Assembly: GCA_963708295.1 (NCBI GenBank)
Contig: CAVPSJ010000019.1
Coordinates: forward strand, 64,001 to 128,000
Direction: 5' to 3'
Source: an uncultured delta proteobacterium
Lineage (GTDB): Bacteria; Desulfobacterota; BSN033; UBA1163
DNA: 64,000 nt
Both the position numbers and the translations under genes were made by a program. Shown piece by piece: positions 19,249 through 29,156 of the stretch (position 1 is the stretch's first letter; each line of letters opens with the position of its first letter). The notes beneath the pieces are model-generated. The model saw only the letters and a program-made list of their open reading frames with translations, had not been told where the DNA came from and searched no databases.

Positions 19249-21132
19249 ATGACTTCCTGGTTACAAGATCCGACGTTGATGGCAGCGATACTGACCACGT
19301 GGCTGCCCTTCATCTCTTTCCTGCTCATCATGGTGTTCACCAGGAATCATCGGCGCCTCTCAGGCGTAATCGCTGTTGCGGCGGTGACCGGCTCGGTCGC
19401 GGGGGCCGTCTTCCTGCTGACGCGACACTGGGGTGCCGGCCATCCCATCCACTACTCGTCAAGATGGCTCATCGCGGGCGATCTCTCCATCCCCTTCGGG
19501 TTTCTACTGGACCCGGTGAGCCTGCTCATGCTCCTTCTGGTGGCGGGCATCAGTTTTCTCGTTCAGGTGTATTCCTTCGGCTACATGGCCGGCGACCCGG
19601 GGTTCTCTCGCTACTACGCTTTTCAGTCGTTGTTCGCCTGGGCCATGATGACCTTGAGCATCTCTTCGGCCATGCTTCAGCTTTACGTTTTCTGGGAGCT
19701 GGTCGGGCTTTCGTCGTATCTGCTTATCGGTTTCTGGTACGAGAAATTCAGCGCCACCCAGGCGGGAAAGAAGGCCTTTGTCATGACCCGTCTGGGCGAC
19801 GTTGCGTTTTTCATCGGCCTTCTGCTGGTACTGCTTCACCTGGGGAACGTGGACATCCTGGAGATGAACAGTCCCGAGGCAGCGGCCAGCATGAACTCCG
19901 GGTTTCTGACCCTGGCGTCACTGTTGATCTTCGGCGGAATCGTAGGCAAGAGCGCTCAGTTTCCGCTGATGACGTGGCTGCCAGACGCCATGGAGGGCCC
20001 CACACCGGTCAGCGCCCTGCTCCACTCTGCCACCATGGTAGCCGCAGGAGTCTATCTTTTCGCCCGCCTGTTTCCTTTCTTCAGCCATTCGGCAGACGCC
20101 ATGACCGTGTTTCTGGCCATCGGCACTGTCTCCATGCTCCTGGCCTCCACTATGGCCATGGTCAGCCGGGACATCAAGCGGGTCTGGGCGTATTCCACCA
20201 TCAGCCAGCTGGGGTTGATGATCATGGGGCTTGCTGCGGGAAGCCTCTTCGCGGGGACCTTTCATCTCACCACTCATGCGGGCTTCAAAGCGCTGCTTTT
20301 CCTCTGTTCAGGCATTTGGGTCCATCTGTACGAGACGAACGATGTGTACGAGATCTCCAGGCGCGGAGGTCGACGGTTGAAGACTCCGATGGTGTGTTTG
20401 GTCATCGCAGCGGCAGCCCTTTCCGGACTGCCGCCGTTCTCGGGCTTTTTCAGTAAAGAGGCCGTGCTCGGGGCACTGGCCGGACTGGAGAGCCCCGCCT
20501 GGCTGGCGGCCGGGTTACTCGGCGTCTTCCTCACCGCTTACTACGCGTTCCGGCTGATATTCATCATTCTCTTCCCGCGGGAAGAAATTCAGAGAGAGCC
20601 TGCCCCTCATAGAACGGAAGGGATGGGCGCTCTCTACTGGGCCATGGGTTTACCGCTACTCATCCTGGCCGGTGTGACCGTGGTGCTGGGGTTTCTGGAG
20701 ATTCCGCTCCGTGAGTTTCTCTCAGGGGGCATGACCGCCCACACGTATGGGGATCATACATGGCTTCCCTATATCAGCGTACTGCTGGCAGTCCTGGGTG
20801 TGGGTATCGCCTGGTTTGAGTTTGGCCGCCGCGCTGCCCCTCAGGTCGGTTTCGTCGAGAAGCTCCCGGTACTTAAGGAGCTCTTTGCCCAACGCTGGTA
20901 TCTGGACCATGCGTACCGGAGATTTGTGGACACCGTGATCGACGGTCTCCTTTCCAAGGGATGCGCCAAGAACGAAGACAGGGTGATCAACAAAAGCATC
21001 GATGGGTTCTGCGACTTCATTTTGGACAGCGGTTACCTGTTGTCCTTTCTGCAGTCCGGAAAACTGAGGTACAATCTTATCGTCATGTTCGCCGCCCTGG
21101 CTTTGGTGGCGTTGTACTTTTTGTTCGCTTAG
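19249..21132 (+). CDS. nuoL: NADH-quinone oxidoreductase subunit L
   Basis: WELVGLSSYLLIGFW, GKSAQFP, WLPDAMEGPTPVSALLHSATMV, HAGFKALLF. Confidence 0.97.
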   Translation: MTSWLQDPTLMAAILTTWLPFISFLLIMVFTRNHRRLSGVIAVAAVTGSVAGAVFLLTRHWGAGHPIHYSSRWLIAGDLSIPFGFLLDPVSLLMLLLVAGISFLVQVYSFGYMAGDPGFSRYYAFQSLFAWAMMTLSISSAMLQLYVFWELVGLSSYLLIGFWYEKFSATQAGKKAFVMTRLGDVAFFIGLLLVLLHLGNVDILEMNSPEAAASMNSGFLTLASLLIFGGIVGKSAQFPLMTWLPDAMEGPTPVSALLHSATMVAAGVYLFARLFPFFSHSADAMTVFLAIGTVSMLLASTMAMVSRDIKRVWAYSTISQLGLMIMGLAAGSLFAGTFHLTTHAGFKALLFLCSGIWVHLYETNDVYEISRRGGRRLKTPMVCLVIAAAALSGLPPFSGFFSKEAVLGALAGLESPAWLAAGLLGVFLTAYYAFRLIFIILFPREEIQREPAPHRTEGMGALYWAMGLPLLILAGVTVVLGFLEIPLREFLSGGMTAHTYGDHTWLPYISVLLAVLGVGIAWFEFGRRAAPQVGFVEKLPVLKELFAQRWYLDHAYRRFVDTVIDGLLSKGCAKNEDRVINKSIDGFCDFILDSGYLLSFLQSGKLRYNLIVMFAALALVALYFLFA

Positions 21133-21281
21133 GACGTCGCCGAATGGACTCGGTGATTTAGTTGTCGCAGTCGGAGTAATGGAATATTGGAGTGATGGAG
21201 TAATGGTCATGTCTTTTTTCTTTTTTATCTCCAACATTGCAGTACTCCAGCACTCCATTTATCCAGTCTGAGAGTACACCA

Positions 21282-22763
21282 ATGAATGTTGAAGTGGCTC
21301 ATTTTCCGTATCTTTCCGCCATCCTTCTCAGCTGCGTGGTGGGCCTTGTGGTCATCCTTTTCATTCCCCGCGAGCGAGAAACCCTGGTCAAGGGGGTAAG
21401 CCTGGTCTTTTCGGGGATCGCTCTGGCGCTTTCCATCTATGTTTTTTGCGCGTATGACAGGGCGCAGGGAGGCCTTCAGTTCGTAGAGAAAGTGCTTTGG
21501 GTGGAGCGGCTGGGAATTCACTACTTCAACGGAGCGGACGGCTTCAACCTTCCTTTGATCCTCCTCACCGGGATTGTGCACTTCACCGGCGTTTTAACGA
21601 TGTGGGAGTTAAAGGGACGGGTCAAGGAGTTCTTCGCCTTTACCTCCGTGCTCGTCCTCGGCGTCTTCGGATTCTTCATGAGTATGGATCTCTTCTTTCT
21701 CTTCGTCTGGTACGACGTCTCCCTTTTCCCCATGTATCCGCTCATCGCCATCTGGGGAACGACGCGAAAGGAGTACGGGGCGCTGAAACTCTTCCTTTAC
21801 CTCCTGGCGGGAAGCGCCCTGGTCCTTCCGGGCATCGTGTATCTCGCGGTGGTCTCAGGGTTGCACACCTTCGACATCTTGGCCCTCATGCAGCCGGGGG
21901 CCTTGACGCCCGGGCAGCAGAGGTTTGCCTTCATCCTCTTTTATCTCGGCTTCGGGATCCTCGCGGGCGTCTGGCCTTTTCATACGTGGTCGCCCGTTGG
22001 CCACGTGGCCGCGCCCACATCCGTGAGCATGATTCACGCTGGAGTCCTGATGAAGGTCGGCGCCTTCGGAATTCTGCGGGTTGCGATTTTTCTCTGCCCG
22101 ATCGGGTGGGCGTACTGGGCGCCCGTGATGGCCGTTTTGGCAACCATCGGCATCGTCTATGGAATCTTCGTCGGGCTGAGACAGACCGACCTCAAGTATG
22201 TGGTTGCCTTTTCCAGCGTCTCCCACATGGGGATCGTGGGGCTGGGGCTTTCCACAGTCACTGCGGAGGGGCTCAACGGGGCTGTCTTTCAGATGTTTGC
22301 CCACGGCATCATGACCGCGCTTCTCTTCTCATCCCTGGGTTACATCTACGACAAGACACACACCAAATTGATCCCGGAACTTGGCGGAATGAGCAGGGTC
22401 ATGCCCGTGGCCTCGGGTTACTTCATCGTGGCTGCACTGGCCGGAATGGGGGTACCCGGTTTCGCCAGTTTCTGGGCGGAGGTGACGGTCTTCATCTCTG
22501 CTCTCGAGGTCTACCCCGTCCTGGGCGTGCTGGCCATCTGTGCCGTGGTCCTGAGCGCCCTCTACATGCTGAGGGTGGTGCAGAAAACCTTCTACGGGGA
22601 ACGGAACGAACGCTACGCTCATCTGCCAGACGTCTCCTTCAGCCTCGGCCTGCCCAGGATGATCCTGGTTGCGGTCATGGTTCTCTTCGGCCTGTTTCCC
22701 AGACTGATGCTCGATCTCATTCAAACGGCTGTCATTCCATTGATGGGAGGGGCGCCCAGATGA
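21282..22763 (+). CDS. nuoM: NADH-quinone oxidoreductase subunit M
   Basis: PFHTWSP..HVAAPT, HAGVLMKVG, SSVSHMG, QMFAHG. Confidence 0.95.
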   Translation: MNVEVAHFPYLSAILLSCVVGLVVILFIPRERETLVKGVSLVFSGIALALSIYVFCAYDRAQGGLQFVEKVLWVERLGIHYFNGADGFNLPLILLTGIVHFTGVLTMWELKGRVKEFFAFTSVLVLGVFGFFMSMDLFFLFVWYDVSLFPMYPLIAIWGTTRKEYGALKLFLYLLAGSALVLPGIVYLAVVSGLHTFDILALMQPGALTPGQQRFAFILFYLGFGILAGVWPFHTWSPVGHVAAPTSVSMIHAGVLMKVGAFGILRVAIFLCPIGWAYWAPVMAVLATIGIVYGIFVGLRQTDLKYVVAFSSVSHMGIVGLGLSTVTAEGLNGAVFQMFAHGIMTALLFSSLGYIYDKTHTKLIPELGGMSRVMPVASGYFIVAALAGMGVPGFASFWAEVTVFISALEVYPVLGVLAICAVVLSALYMLRVVQKTFYGERNERYAHLPDVSFSLGLPRMILVAVMVLFGLFPRLMLDLIQTAVIPLMGGAPR

Positions 22764-24172
22764 AGTGGTTGATCCTCGGGCCGGAGATTTACTTTCTCGC
22801 AGTCGCCGCCGTATTCCTCATCTTCTCCATGACGCGCCCGAAGGGGAGGCGTGATTTCTCGGCTGCCTTATTCCTCGCCGGCCTTGGGGTGGCGGTGACG
22901 CTGGCGGCCGTCCGCCTGGAGGGATCCCTTTTCCACGGAGCTTATCGAGTCGATCTCTTCTCCCAACTCTTCAAGGGCTTGTTGTCCGTTGGATTCTTCC
23001 TCGTGGTCTGTCTCTGCTCAAACCTGAAAGGAATTCACGAGACAAAGCAACCGGAGTTCTATCTTCTGCTGGCAACCTGTACCCTGGGCATGATGTTGTT
23101 GGTCAGCAGCCTCGAACTACTGACCCTCTATGTCGCACTCGAGCTGGCCAGTTACTCGCTCTATGCCCTCGTCCCGTTGAGAAGCGGCAGCGGCCAGCAG
23201 ATCGAGGCCGGGATCAAGTACTTTCTTACGGGGATCGCCACCTCGGCCCTGATGCTTTTCGGCTTAGCCTCTCTGTTCGCGGCGACGCAGACCACCTTGA
23301 TCAGTGAGCTGATTCTGAAGCTGCCCGCCTTGCTCAACACCCCCATGGCCTTCATCGGGCTGCTGCTCACCCTGTGCGGTTTTTTCTTCAAGCTGGCCCT
23401 CTTTCCGTTCCACGTCTGGGCACCCAGCGTGTACCAGGGAGCCGCAAATCAGGTGACGGCGTTTCTGGCCACTGCCACAAAGGTAACGGCCATGGCCATG
23501 CTCGTCCGCCTGGTATCCATGAGCGACGGCAACATATCCTTGGCCCACGTGCTCATCGCGCTTGCCATCGTCTCCATGACCTACGGGAACCTGGTCGCGC
23601 TGGTTCAGAAGGACTTCAAGCGCCTGCTGGCTTATTCGGCCATCGCCCATGCGGGCTACTCGCTCATCGGCATCCTCAGCATGAATCCAACCGGCTACGC
23701 CGCCGCGGTCTTCTACGCCCTGGCTTACCTCGCCATGACCTTCACTTGTTTCCTCGTCGTGGTGAAGGTCGCATCGGACGGCCGCGACCTCCCGATCGTC
23801 CAGCTGGCGGGGCTTCACCGTCGCTCGCCGCTCCTGGCCATGGCGCTCATGGTGGGCGTGTTCAGCTTGGGGGGTATCCCTCCGACGATCGGATTCACCG
23901 GGAAGTTCCTGGTCTTTAATGCGGCCATGGAGAGAGGATACTTTCTGTTGGTCCTCATCGCCATGATCAACGTGGTCGTTTCTCTCTACTATTACATCCT
24001 GGTGGTGAAAGCGGCTTTCCTCCTCGAGCCGGACGAGGAGCTACCGCCCATCCATCTCTCTGCCCCTGCGACCCTTCTCACTGTGGTGATGGTTCTCGTG
24101 ATCGTCGTAGGGGGTATTTGGCCGGGCCAGCTCTTCGAGTTGGCTCGGACCGCCGTGCAAACACTCCGGTAA
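22760..24172 (+). CDS. nuoN: NADH-quinone oxidoreductase subunit N
   Basis: ATGA overlap with the nuoM stop; EAGIKYF, FKLALFPFHVWAPSVYQG, KRLLAYSAIAHAGY. Confidence 0.96.
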   Translation: MKWLILGPEIYFLAVAAVFLIFSMTRPKGRRDFSAALFLAGLGVAVTLAAVRLEGSLFHGAYRVDLFSQLFKGLLSVGFFLVVCLCSNLKGIHETKQPEFYLLLATCTLGMMLLVSSLELLTLYVALELASYSLYALVPLRSGSGQQIEAGIKYFLTGIATSALMLFGLASLFAATQTTLISELILKLPALLNTPMAFIGLLLTLCGFFFKLALFPFHVWAPSVYQGAANQVTAFLATATKVTAMAMLVRLVSMSDGNISLAHVLIALAIVSMTYGNLVALVQKDFKRLLAYSAIAHAGYSLIGILSMNPTGYAAAVFYALAYLAMTFTCFLVVVKVASDGRDLPIVQLAGLHRRSPLLAMALMVGVFSLGGIPPTIGFTGKFLVFNAAMERGYFLLVLIAMINVVVSLYYYILVVKAAFLLEPDEELPPIHLSAPATLLTVVMVLVIVVGGIWPGQLFELARTAVQTLR

Positions 24173-24236
24173 CCTTCTCTTCCATGGGTGACGTATGCTA
24201 TAATGTCTTTAAAAAAATAACAGAAAGGAGGTCAGC

Positions 24237-24788
24237 ATGAGAATAAAAGTAATTTACGGATGGGTATTCCTGGCAATGCTCCTACTCTTTCTTCTTCCCC
24301 TTTCCGAGGTGAAAGCCGCGAAGAAGGTAGAGCTCGTCGGCAAGGAGACACTCAATTTTACCCTGCCATCCACGCAGGACCGGTTGATCAATTATGCGGA
24401 TGAGTATTATGGAAAGCATTATCTCATCATCACATTCTTCCCAGCGGCTTTCACACCGGTCTGAACGGGCGAGATGGAGGGTCATCAGAGGAATCTTTAC
24501 CTCTATGACCGCTTCAACGCCCGCGTCGTGGGCGTCAGCCGGGACGATGTGACCACATTGAAATACTGGGGGAAGGATCTGGGTGTCACCTTTCCGCTTC
24601 TTTCAAACATCACTGGGTTCTTGGGTGTTACTTTCGACACGCTCATCGAAGGGAAACCCATCTTTCGAAGGAGAACGGTGATCATCGATAAAACCGGGAT
24701 CATTCGCTATGCGAGGGATGGTTCACCCGACTTCAAAGATATTCTCCTCTTTCTCAAAAAACTGAACCAGGAAGGAGGAAAACCATGA
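24237..24788 (+). CDS. Exported peroxiredoxin (AhpC/TSA, AhpE/BCP-like) selenoprotein, Sec at TGA 24462-24464
   Basis: ORFs 24237-24464 and 24474-24788 are in frame; joined motif FFPAAFTPV-U-TGE puts UGA at the peroxidatic Cys position; AAGGAGG SD; signal peptide. Confidence 0.9.
24480..24510 (+). promoter_or_regulatory. Putative bacterial SECIS hairpin
   Basis: GGTCAT-C-AGAG[GAATCTTTAC]CTCT-ATGACC stem-loop starting 16 nt after the UGA. Confidence 0.7.
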
Positions 24789-25396
24789 TGAGAAAAGGTT
24801 TGACGATTCTATTCTTTCTGTGGGTGAGTGCCTGGCTTTCCGGATGTGCCACCATGGAAACTCCCAAGCAGGTTCCTTACAAGGTGATGCCCGGAGGAAT
24901 AGTTGTCTGGGAAGATGAAATCGAGTTTAAGATTCCTCCTCCTGGATGGAAATTGCTCCGGGTGGAAGCAGGAGAGAATGACATCAATTTCGGATTTATG
25001 AGATCAGACCCAGGAGGATTTCCCTCTGGCACTACTTTCGCCTATGATGAGGAGCCTTTTGGGTGTTCAGCAGCCTCGTTCGACGGAAGAGAAAGGGAAT
25101 TCTTCAAGAGGTTTCTTTTCAATGCGATTCTCCAGTTTCAAATTCTGGAGAGAAAAAAGGTTCAGGTGGTCGGAGGAGAAGGGCTCCAGGTTGATGTGGA
25201 GGGAAAGGACCCGGTCAAAGGCGAGAAAGTCCGGGCCCGGGTCGTCTTCGGCAAGCGAGGTGATCGGATTATAGGATTCTATATCACCCAATGGAGGCCC
25301 ATGGCTGGAACGTACGATCTCTCGGCCTTTGACGTCTTTGACAAATTTGTGAGCTCCTTCAAATATTTAAAGAAATCTTTTTACGAAACTCTCTAA
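24785..25396 (+). CDS. Hypothetical lipoprotein
   Basis: Lipobox LSGC; overlaps the peroxiredoxin stop; GGAGG SD. Confidence 0.75.
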   Translation: MMRKGLTILFFLWVSAWLSGCATMETPKQVPYKVMPGGIVVWEDEIEFKIPPPGWKLLRVEAGENDINFGFMRSDPGGFPSGTTFAYDEEPFGCSAASFDGREREFFKRFLFNAILQFQILERKKVQVVGGEGLQVDVEGKDPVKGEKVRARVVFGKRGDRIIGFYITQWRPMAGTYDLSAFDVFDKFVSSFKYLKKSFYETL

Positions 25397-25459
25397 TCTG
25401 AAGAGTTATTGAGTGAATAAGTTATGGAGTTATTCTGGAAAAGGGTGAGAGAAATTCTC

Positions 25460-26654
25460 TCATCCTTTTTTATTTAGTGCGGTCAGGGCGAGACAGAGCA
25501 GAAACCCTGTCAGGGAAACGATCAGCGTTGATTGAAAAGAACCCGTCGAATCCTTAAGATACCCGCCGGAGATCGTCCCCAAAAACTGCCCGATGCCGTG
25601 GATTAAAGTGACCAATCCGTAGACAGAAGCCCTTTTTTCACCGATCCGGTCTCCAACGGATGCCGCCACCACAGTGACTGTTCCTAAGAACGTCCCCCCG
25701 AAAAGAAAGGCTGAAAAACCCATGAAGAAAGTCTGATGAAGCAGCAGAGGAAGGAGGACGGAAAGCGAGATGATCCCGTTGTTCCAGAGCAATGCCTTCC
25801 GTCGACCCAAACGGTCTGAAAGGTATCCCCAGAGGAGTCCGCTCCCCGTACACATCCAGCCAAAAATGGCCCAGATATCCCCTGCCGTTTTCGCTGTCAG
25901 TCGAATCTCTTCTATCATATAAGCAACAAAGTAGGTCGCATAGATGTTATAAGAGAATCCAAAGATGAAATAGATGACAAAAATGGCCTTCAGGGTGAGT
26001 TCTTCACTCTCTCTCTTGAAGAGGTAGTCGCTTCTTCTCTCCATCAAGACTGGGAGCGAGAAAAGCGGTCTGGCCCGGTTTCTCTTTCAATAATATCCAT
26101 CCGAGGACGGCAACCGAAAAAGTGATCAACGCCAGAAGGAACCAGCACTGTCTCCAGGCCTCCTTTCCCAAACTGAGGAGAAGATAGGGAAGCAGGAGGC
26201 CCGTGACAATAATACCAAGGCCTGTCCCGCCTGTGACGACGCCAACGGCCCTGCCCAGTCTTCGCTCTTCGAACCAGACCATGGGTAAAGTGGTTATGGA
26301 GATGTGAGAACCCGCAGCCCCTGCTCCCATGGCAAAGCTGAAAAAGAGAAGGGAAGGAAATCCTGATAATCTGCTGATGAAGAACATGGAAAGTGCCCCG
26401 CACAGGAGAGAAGCGATCACAATCCTCTTCGGCCCGAATCGCGTGGCTAACATTCCACCAATGAGCGAAAAGAGAAGGTAACCCAGCATGATGGCTCCGC
26501 TCAAAAGCCCCATCTCGCTGTAATTGAACGAGAGCGATGCTCGCATATTGGGCAAAAGCATGGGATAAGCAAACCGGCCAAACCCCAGACCCGTCATCTT
26601 GACGAGGACCCCCACTCCTACAATCACCCAACCGTAGTGGATCGCTTTCATCAT
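25460..26654 (-). pseudogene. MFS transporter (YbfB/YjiJ-like), one frameshift near 26030
   Basis: N-half 26004-26654 (GFGRFAYPMLLP) and C-half 25460-26047 (WGYLSDRLGRR) lie in different frames. Confidence 0.82.
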
Positions 26655-26683
26655 ATATTCCCAATTGAGTCAAGATTTCCGAC

Positions 26684-26929
26684 AAATCCCCTCTGACTCT
26701 CCGAAGCTGTGAAAAACTTGAGTTTGAGCCGTCACCCCGGTGAAAACCGGGATCCAGTCAGTTCGTAATCCCATGAAGACGCTGGATTCCAGCTGGAGTT
26801 TATCCCGATGAAAATCGGGGCCGGAATGACGTAAAAAAGAACCAAATCGATTTTCTCACACCTTTCCCTTTGCCAAAGGGGAGAACACGTTTTCATCCCC
26901 CTTTGATAAAGGGGGATTGAGGGGGATTT
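26684..26929. repeat. Composite MITE/REP-like element, copy 1
   Basis: Insert 26703-26866 (GAAGCTGTGAAAAA...TTTTCTCACACCTTTC, core CTGGATTCC.GCTGGAGTTTATCCCGATG.AAATCGGGGCCGGAATGAC) closely matches 44487-44651. Confidence 0.85.
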
Positions 26930-27034
26930 GTTTACCATCGCTGTAAATCTTACCCCTCTATATTGACGAAGTCAATCCTTTCTGATATGCATGGTTCTAT
27001 AAGTCAACGGTTATGAAACAAGGAGTGACCAGAG

Positions 27035-27556
27035 ATGAAAGTCAGCATTCATCAATCAATCTTGGAAATCGTGCAGGGCGATATTACTCTGCAGGACACC
27101 GAGGCCATTGGCAACGCTGCCAATTCGGCATTAGCAGGAGGAGGCGGGGTGGATGGGGCCATCCACAGGGCAGGCGGGCCCTCTATCCTGTCGGAGTTGA
27201 AAACGAAATACAAAGGGTGCCCTACAGGATCGGCCGTGATCACAGGGGGCGGGAATCTCAAGGCTAAGTTTGTGATCCATGCCGTGGGCCCGAGATATTC
27301 AGGGTCACCCAAAGATGCCGAGCTTTTGTCCGGGGCCTATCGAAAGAGCCTGGAACTGTGCACCCAGAATAAAATCTCTTCGATTGCCTTTCCCTCAATC
27401 AGCACCGGAATTTATGGGTACCCCGTTGAGGAAGCTTCCAGAATTGCGACAAAAACGGTGATGGACTATCTGAGGAATCACCCCGAAATCAAGCTTGTTC
27501 GGTTTGTCCTCTTCGATTCAAAAACGTTTGAGACCTACCAGGAGGCTCTAGAATAG
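27035..27556 (+). CDS. Macrodomain O-acetyl-ADP-ribose deacetylase (YmdB-like)
   Basis: GDIT, NAANSAL.GGGGVDGAIH, IHAVGP, AFPSISTGIYGYP. Confidence 0.94.
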   Translation: MKVSIHQSILEIVQGDITLQDTEAIGNAANSALAGGGGVDGAIHRAGGPSILSELKTKYKGCPTGSAVITGGGNLKAKFVIHAVGPRYSGSPKDAELLSGAYRKSLELCTQNKISSIAFPSISTGIYGYPVEEASRIATKTVMDYLRNHPEIKLVRFVLFDSKTFETYQEALE

Positions 27557-27587
27557 GGACACCTCCCATTTTTAGAAGGAACGGGAA

Positions 27588-29069
27588 ATGCTTGCAAACG
27601 ATGAACTTGCTCTTCTCATCAAGTCAAAATACCCGGTCATCTTTGTAGAATCGATCGACGAGGAATATGTGGTGAACCAGCTCAGGCAGATCACCAGCCA
27701 GCTGGGCCTGATTTTTTACCAGTGGTCCGTGACCGGGGGCCTGCAAAGAGGTTTTAATGAGAACCCCTACTATCAAACAGGCGATCCTGAAAAAATGATC
27801 AAGACCGTTCTTTCCTTGATCAAATCGGATCGGTCCGAAGTGGGGTTATTCGTTTTTAAAGATTTTGACAAGCACCTGGAAAATTCGATTATTCTGAGGT
27901 TGTTTAAGGATTTAGTGAATCTGATCAAGAACACAAAAATCACGATCGTCCTTCTCGGTTCGGAATATAAGCTTCCAAAGGATATCGAGCCCGATGCAGC
28001 TCACATCGTAGGCGGGTATCCCGACGAGCAGGAAATCGCTTCTGTACTGAAAGGGATGTTTCGTGAACTCACTCGAGACGAGAAGGGAAAAGTATCCTTG
28101 ACCGCCGACGAAACAGATCAGATCACTAAATCTCTGAAGGGGTTATCCGTCCAGCAGATCAGGAACGTCATCCACCAGTGTTTTATCGACGATCGTCTCA
28201 TCGACATCAAAGACCTGGGCACCGTCGAGTCCTATAAGAAGAAGCTATTTGATCAGGAAGGATTACTCGAGTTTTGCATCACCGAGGATAAAGCCAACAT
28301 CGCAAATTTCGACAACTTAAAACGCTGGCTCGATGAGCGCAAGGAGAGTTTCATCGGGGCGGCCTCTTCTCTCCCTCCTCCCCGGGGGGTCCTCCTGATG
28401 GGAATACAGGGGTGTGGAAAAAGTCTGTCTATTAAAGCCATCGCCAAGGAACTGGGATTGCCTCTTTATCGACTCGACATCGGAAGACTCTACGGTCAAT
28501 ACATCGGGCAAACCGAACAGAACCTCAGAAGGGCCTTAGCCACGGTCGATAAGCTCTCTCCCTTGTGTTTATGGATCGATGAGATCGAGAAAGGCTTCGC
28601 GGCATCGGCGGGGGAGTCGGACGGAGGTGTTTCTCAAAGGGTTCTCGGAACCTTCCTCACCTGGATGCAGGAACGGAAATCCAGGTGCTTTCTGGCCGCC
28701 ACGGCCAATGATGTTTATCGCCTGCCCCCGGAGTTCTTAAGAAAGGGGCGTTTTGACGAGATATTTTTTGTCGACCTTCCTGATCAGGAACTGAGAACGT
28801 CCCTTTTCGGGATTCATCTCCGGAAACGAGGCCTGGATCCTAAGATCTTCGACTGTAAATCATTGGCTGAAAAGGCCGCGGACTTCAGCGGAGCAGAAAT
28901 TGAGCAGGCCATTATCTCGGCTCTTTATCGAGCGTCGAGCAAAAAAGAACCTGTTTCAACGACGCTTATACTTGAACAGATCGGCTTAACAAAACCTCTC
29001 GCCCTGCTGAAGCAAGAAGAGATTTCCACCCTCCGGGAATGGGCCAAAGAACGAACCGTCCCCGCCTAA
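27588..29069 (+). CDS. AAA+ ATPase (Ycf46-like)
   Basis: Walker A GIQGCGKS, Walker B LWIDEIEK, SRH LPPEFLRKGRFDE; degenerate N-terminal domain with FKDFD. Confidence 0.9.
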   Translation: MLANDELALLIKSKYPVIFVESIDEEYVVNQLRQITSQLGLIFYQWSVTGGLQRGFNENPYYQTGDPEKMIKTVLSLIKSDRSEVGLFVFKDFDKHLENSIILRLFKDLVNLIKNTKITIVLLGSEYKLPKDIEPDAAHIVGGYPDEQEIASVLKGMFRELTRDEKGKVSLTADETDQITKSLKGLSVQQIRNVIHQCFIDDRLIDIKDLGTVESYKKKLFDQEGLLEFCITEDKANIANFDNLKRWLDERKESFIGAASSLPPPRGVLLMGIQGCGKSLSIKAIAKELGLPLYRLDIGRLYGQYIGQTEQNLRRALATVDKLSPLCLWIDEIEKGFAASAGESDGGVSQRVLGTFLTWMQERKSRCFLAATANDVYRLPPEFLRKGRFDEIFFVDLPDQELRTSLFGIHLRKRGLDPKIFDCKSLAEKAADFSGAEIEQAIISALYRASSKKEPVSTTLILEQIGLTKPLALLKQEEISTLREWAKERTVPA

Positions 29070-29076
29070 AAAACAG

Positions 29077-29156
29077 AAAAACAGGGACACATCCCATTTT
29101 TTTCATGTTCATCCGCCCTGAGGGGCTACATTGAAAATAGGATGTGTCCCTGTTTT
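29077..29156. repeat. Short inverted-repeat element (GGGACACATCC...GGATGTGTCCC family)
   Basis: AAAACAGGGACACATCCCATTTT / AAAATAGGATGTGTCCCTGTTTT; related copies at 27553-27573, 60456-60508, 61791-61837. Confidence 0.8.

Noticed and set aside
19299-20456. 385-aa ORF overlapping nuoL
   Set aside because: Arg/His/Gly-rich off-frame shadow typical of high-GC3 membrane genes; no motifs.
21497-22759. 421-codon N-terminal extension of the NuoN ORF
   Set aside because: Alternate-frame shadow of GC-rich nuoM; NuoN starts at ATG 22760, overlapping the nuoM stop.
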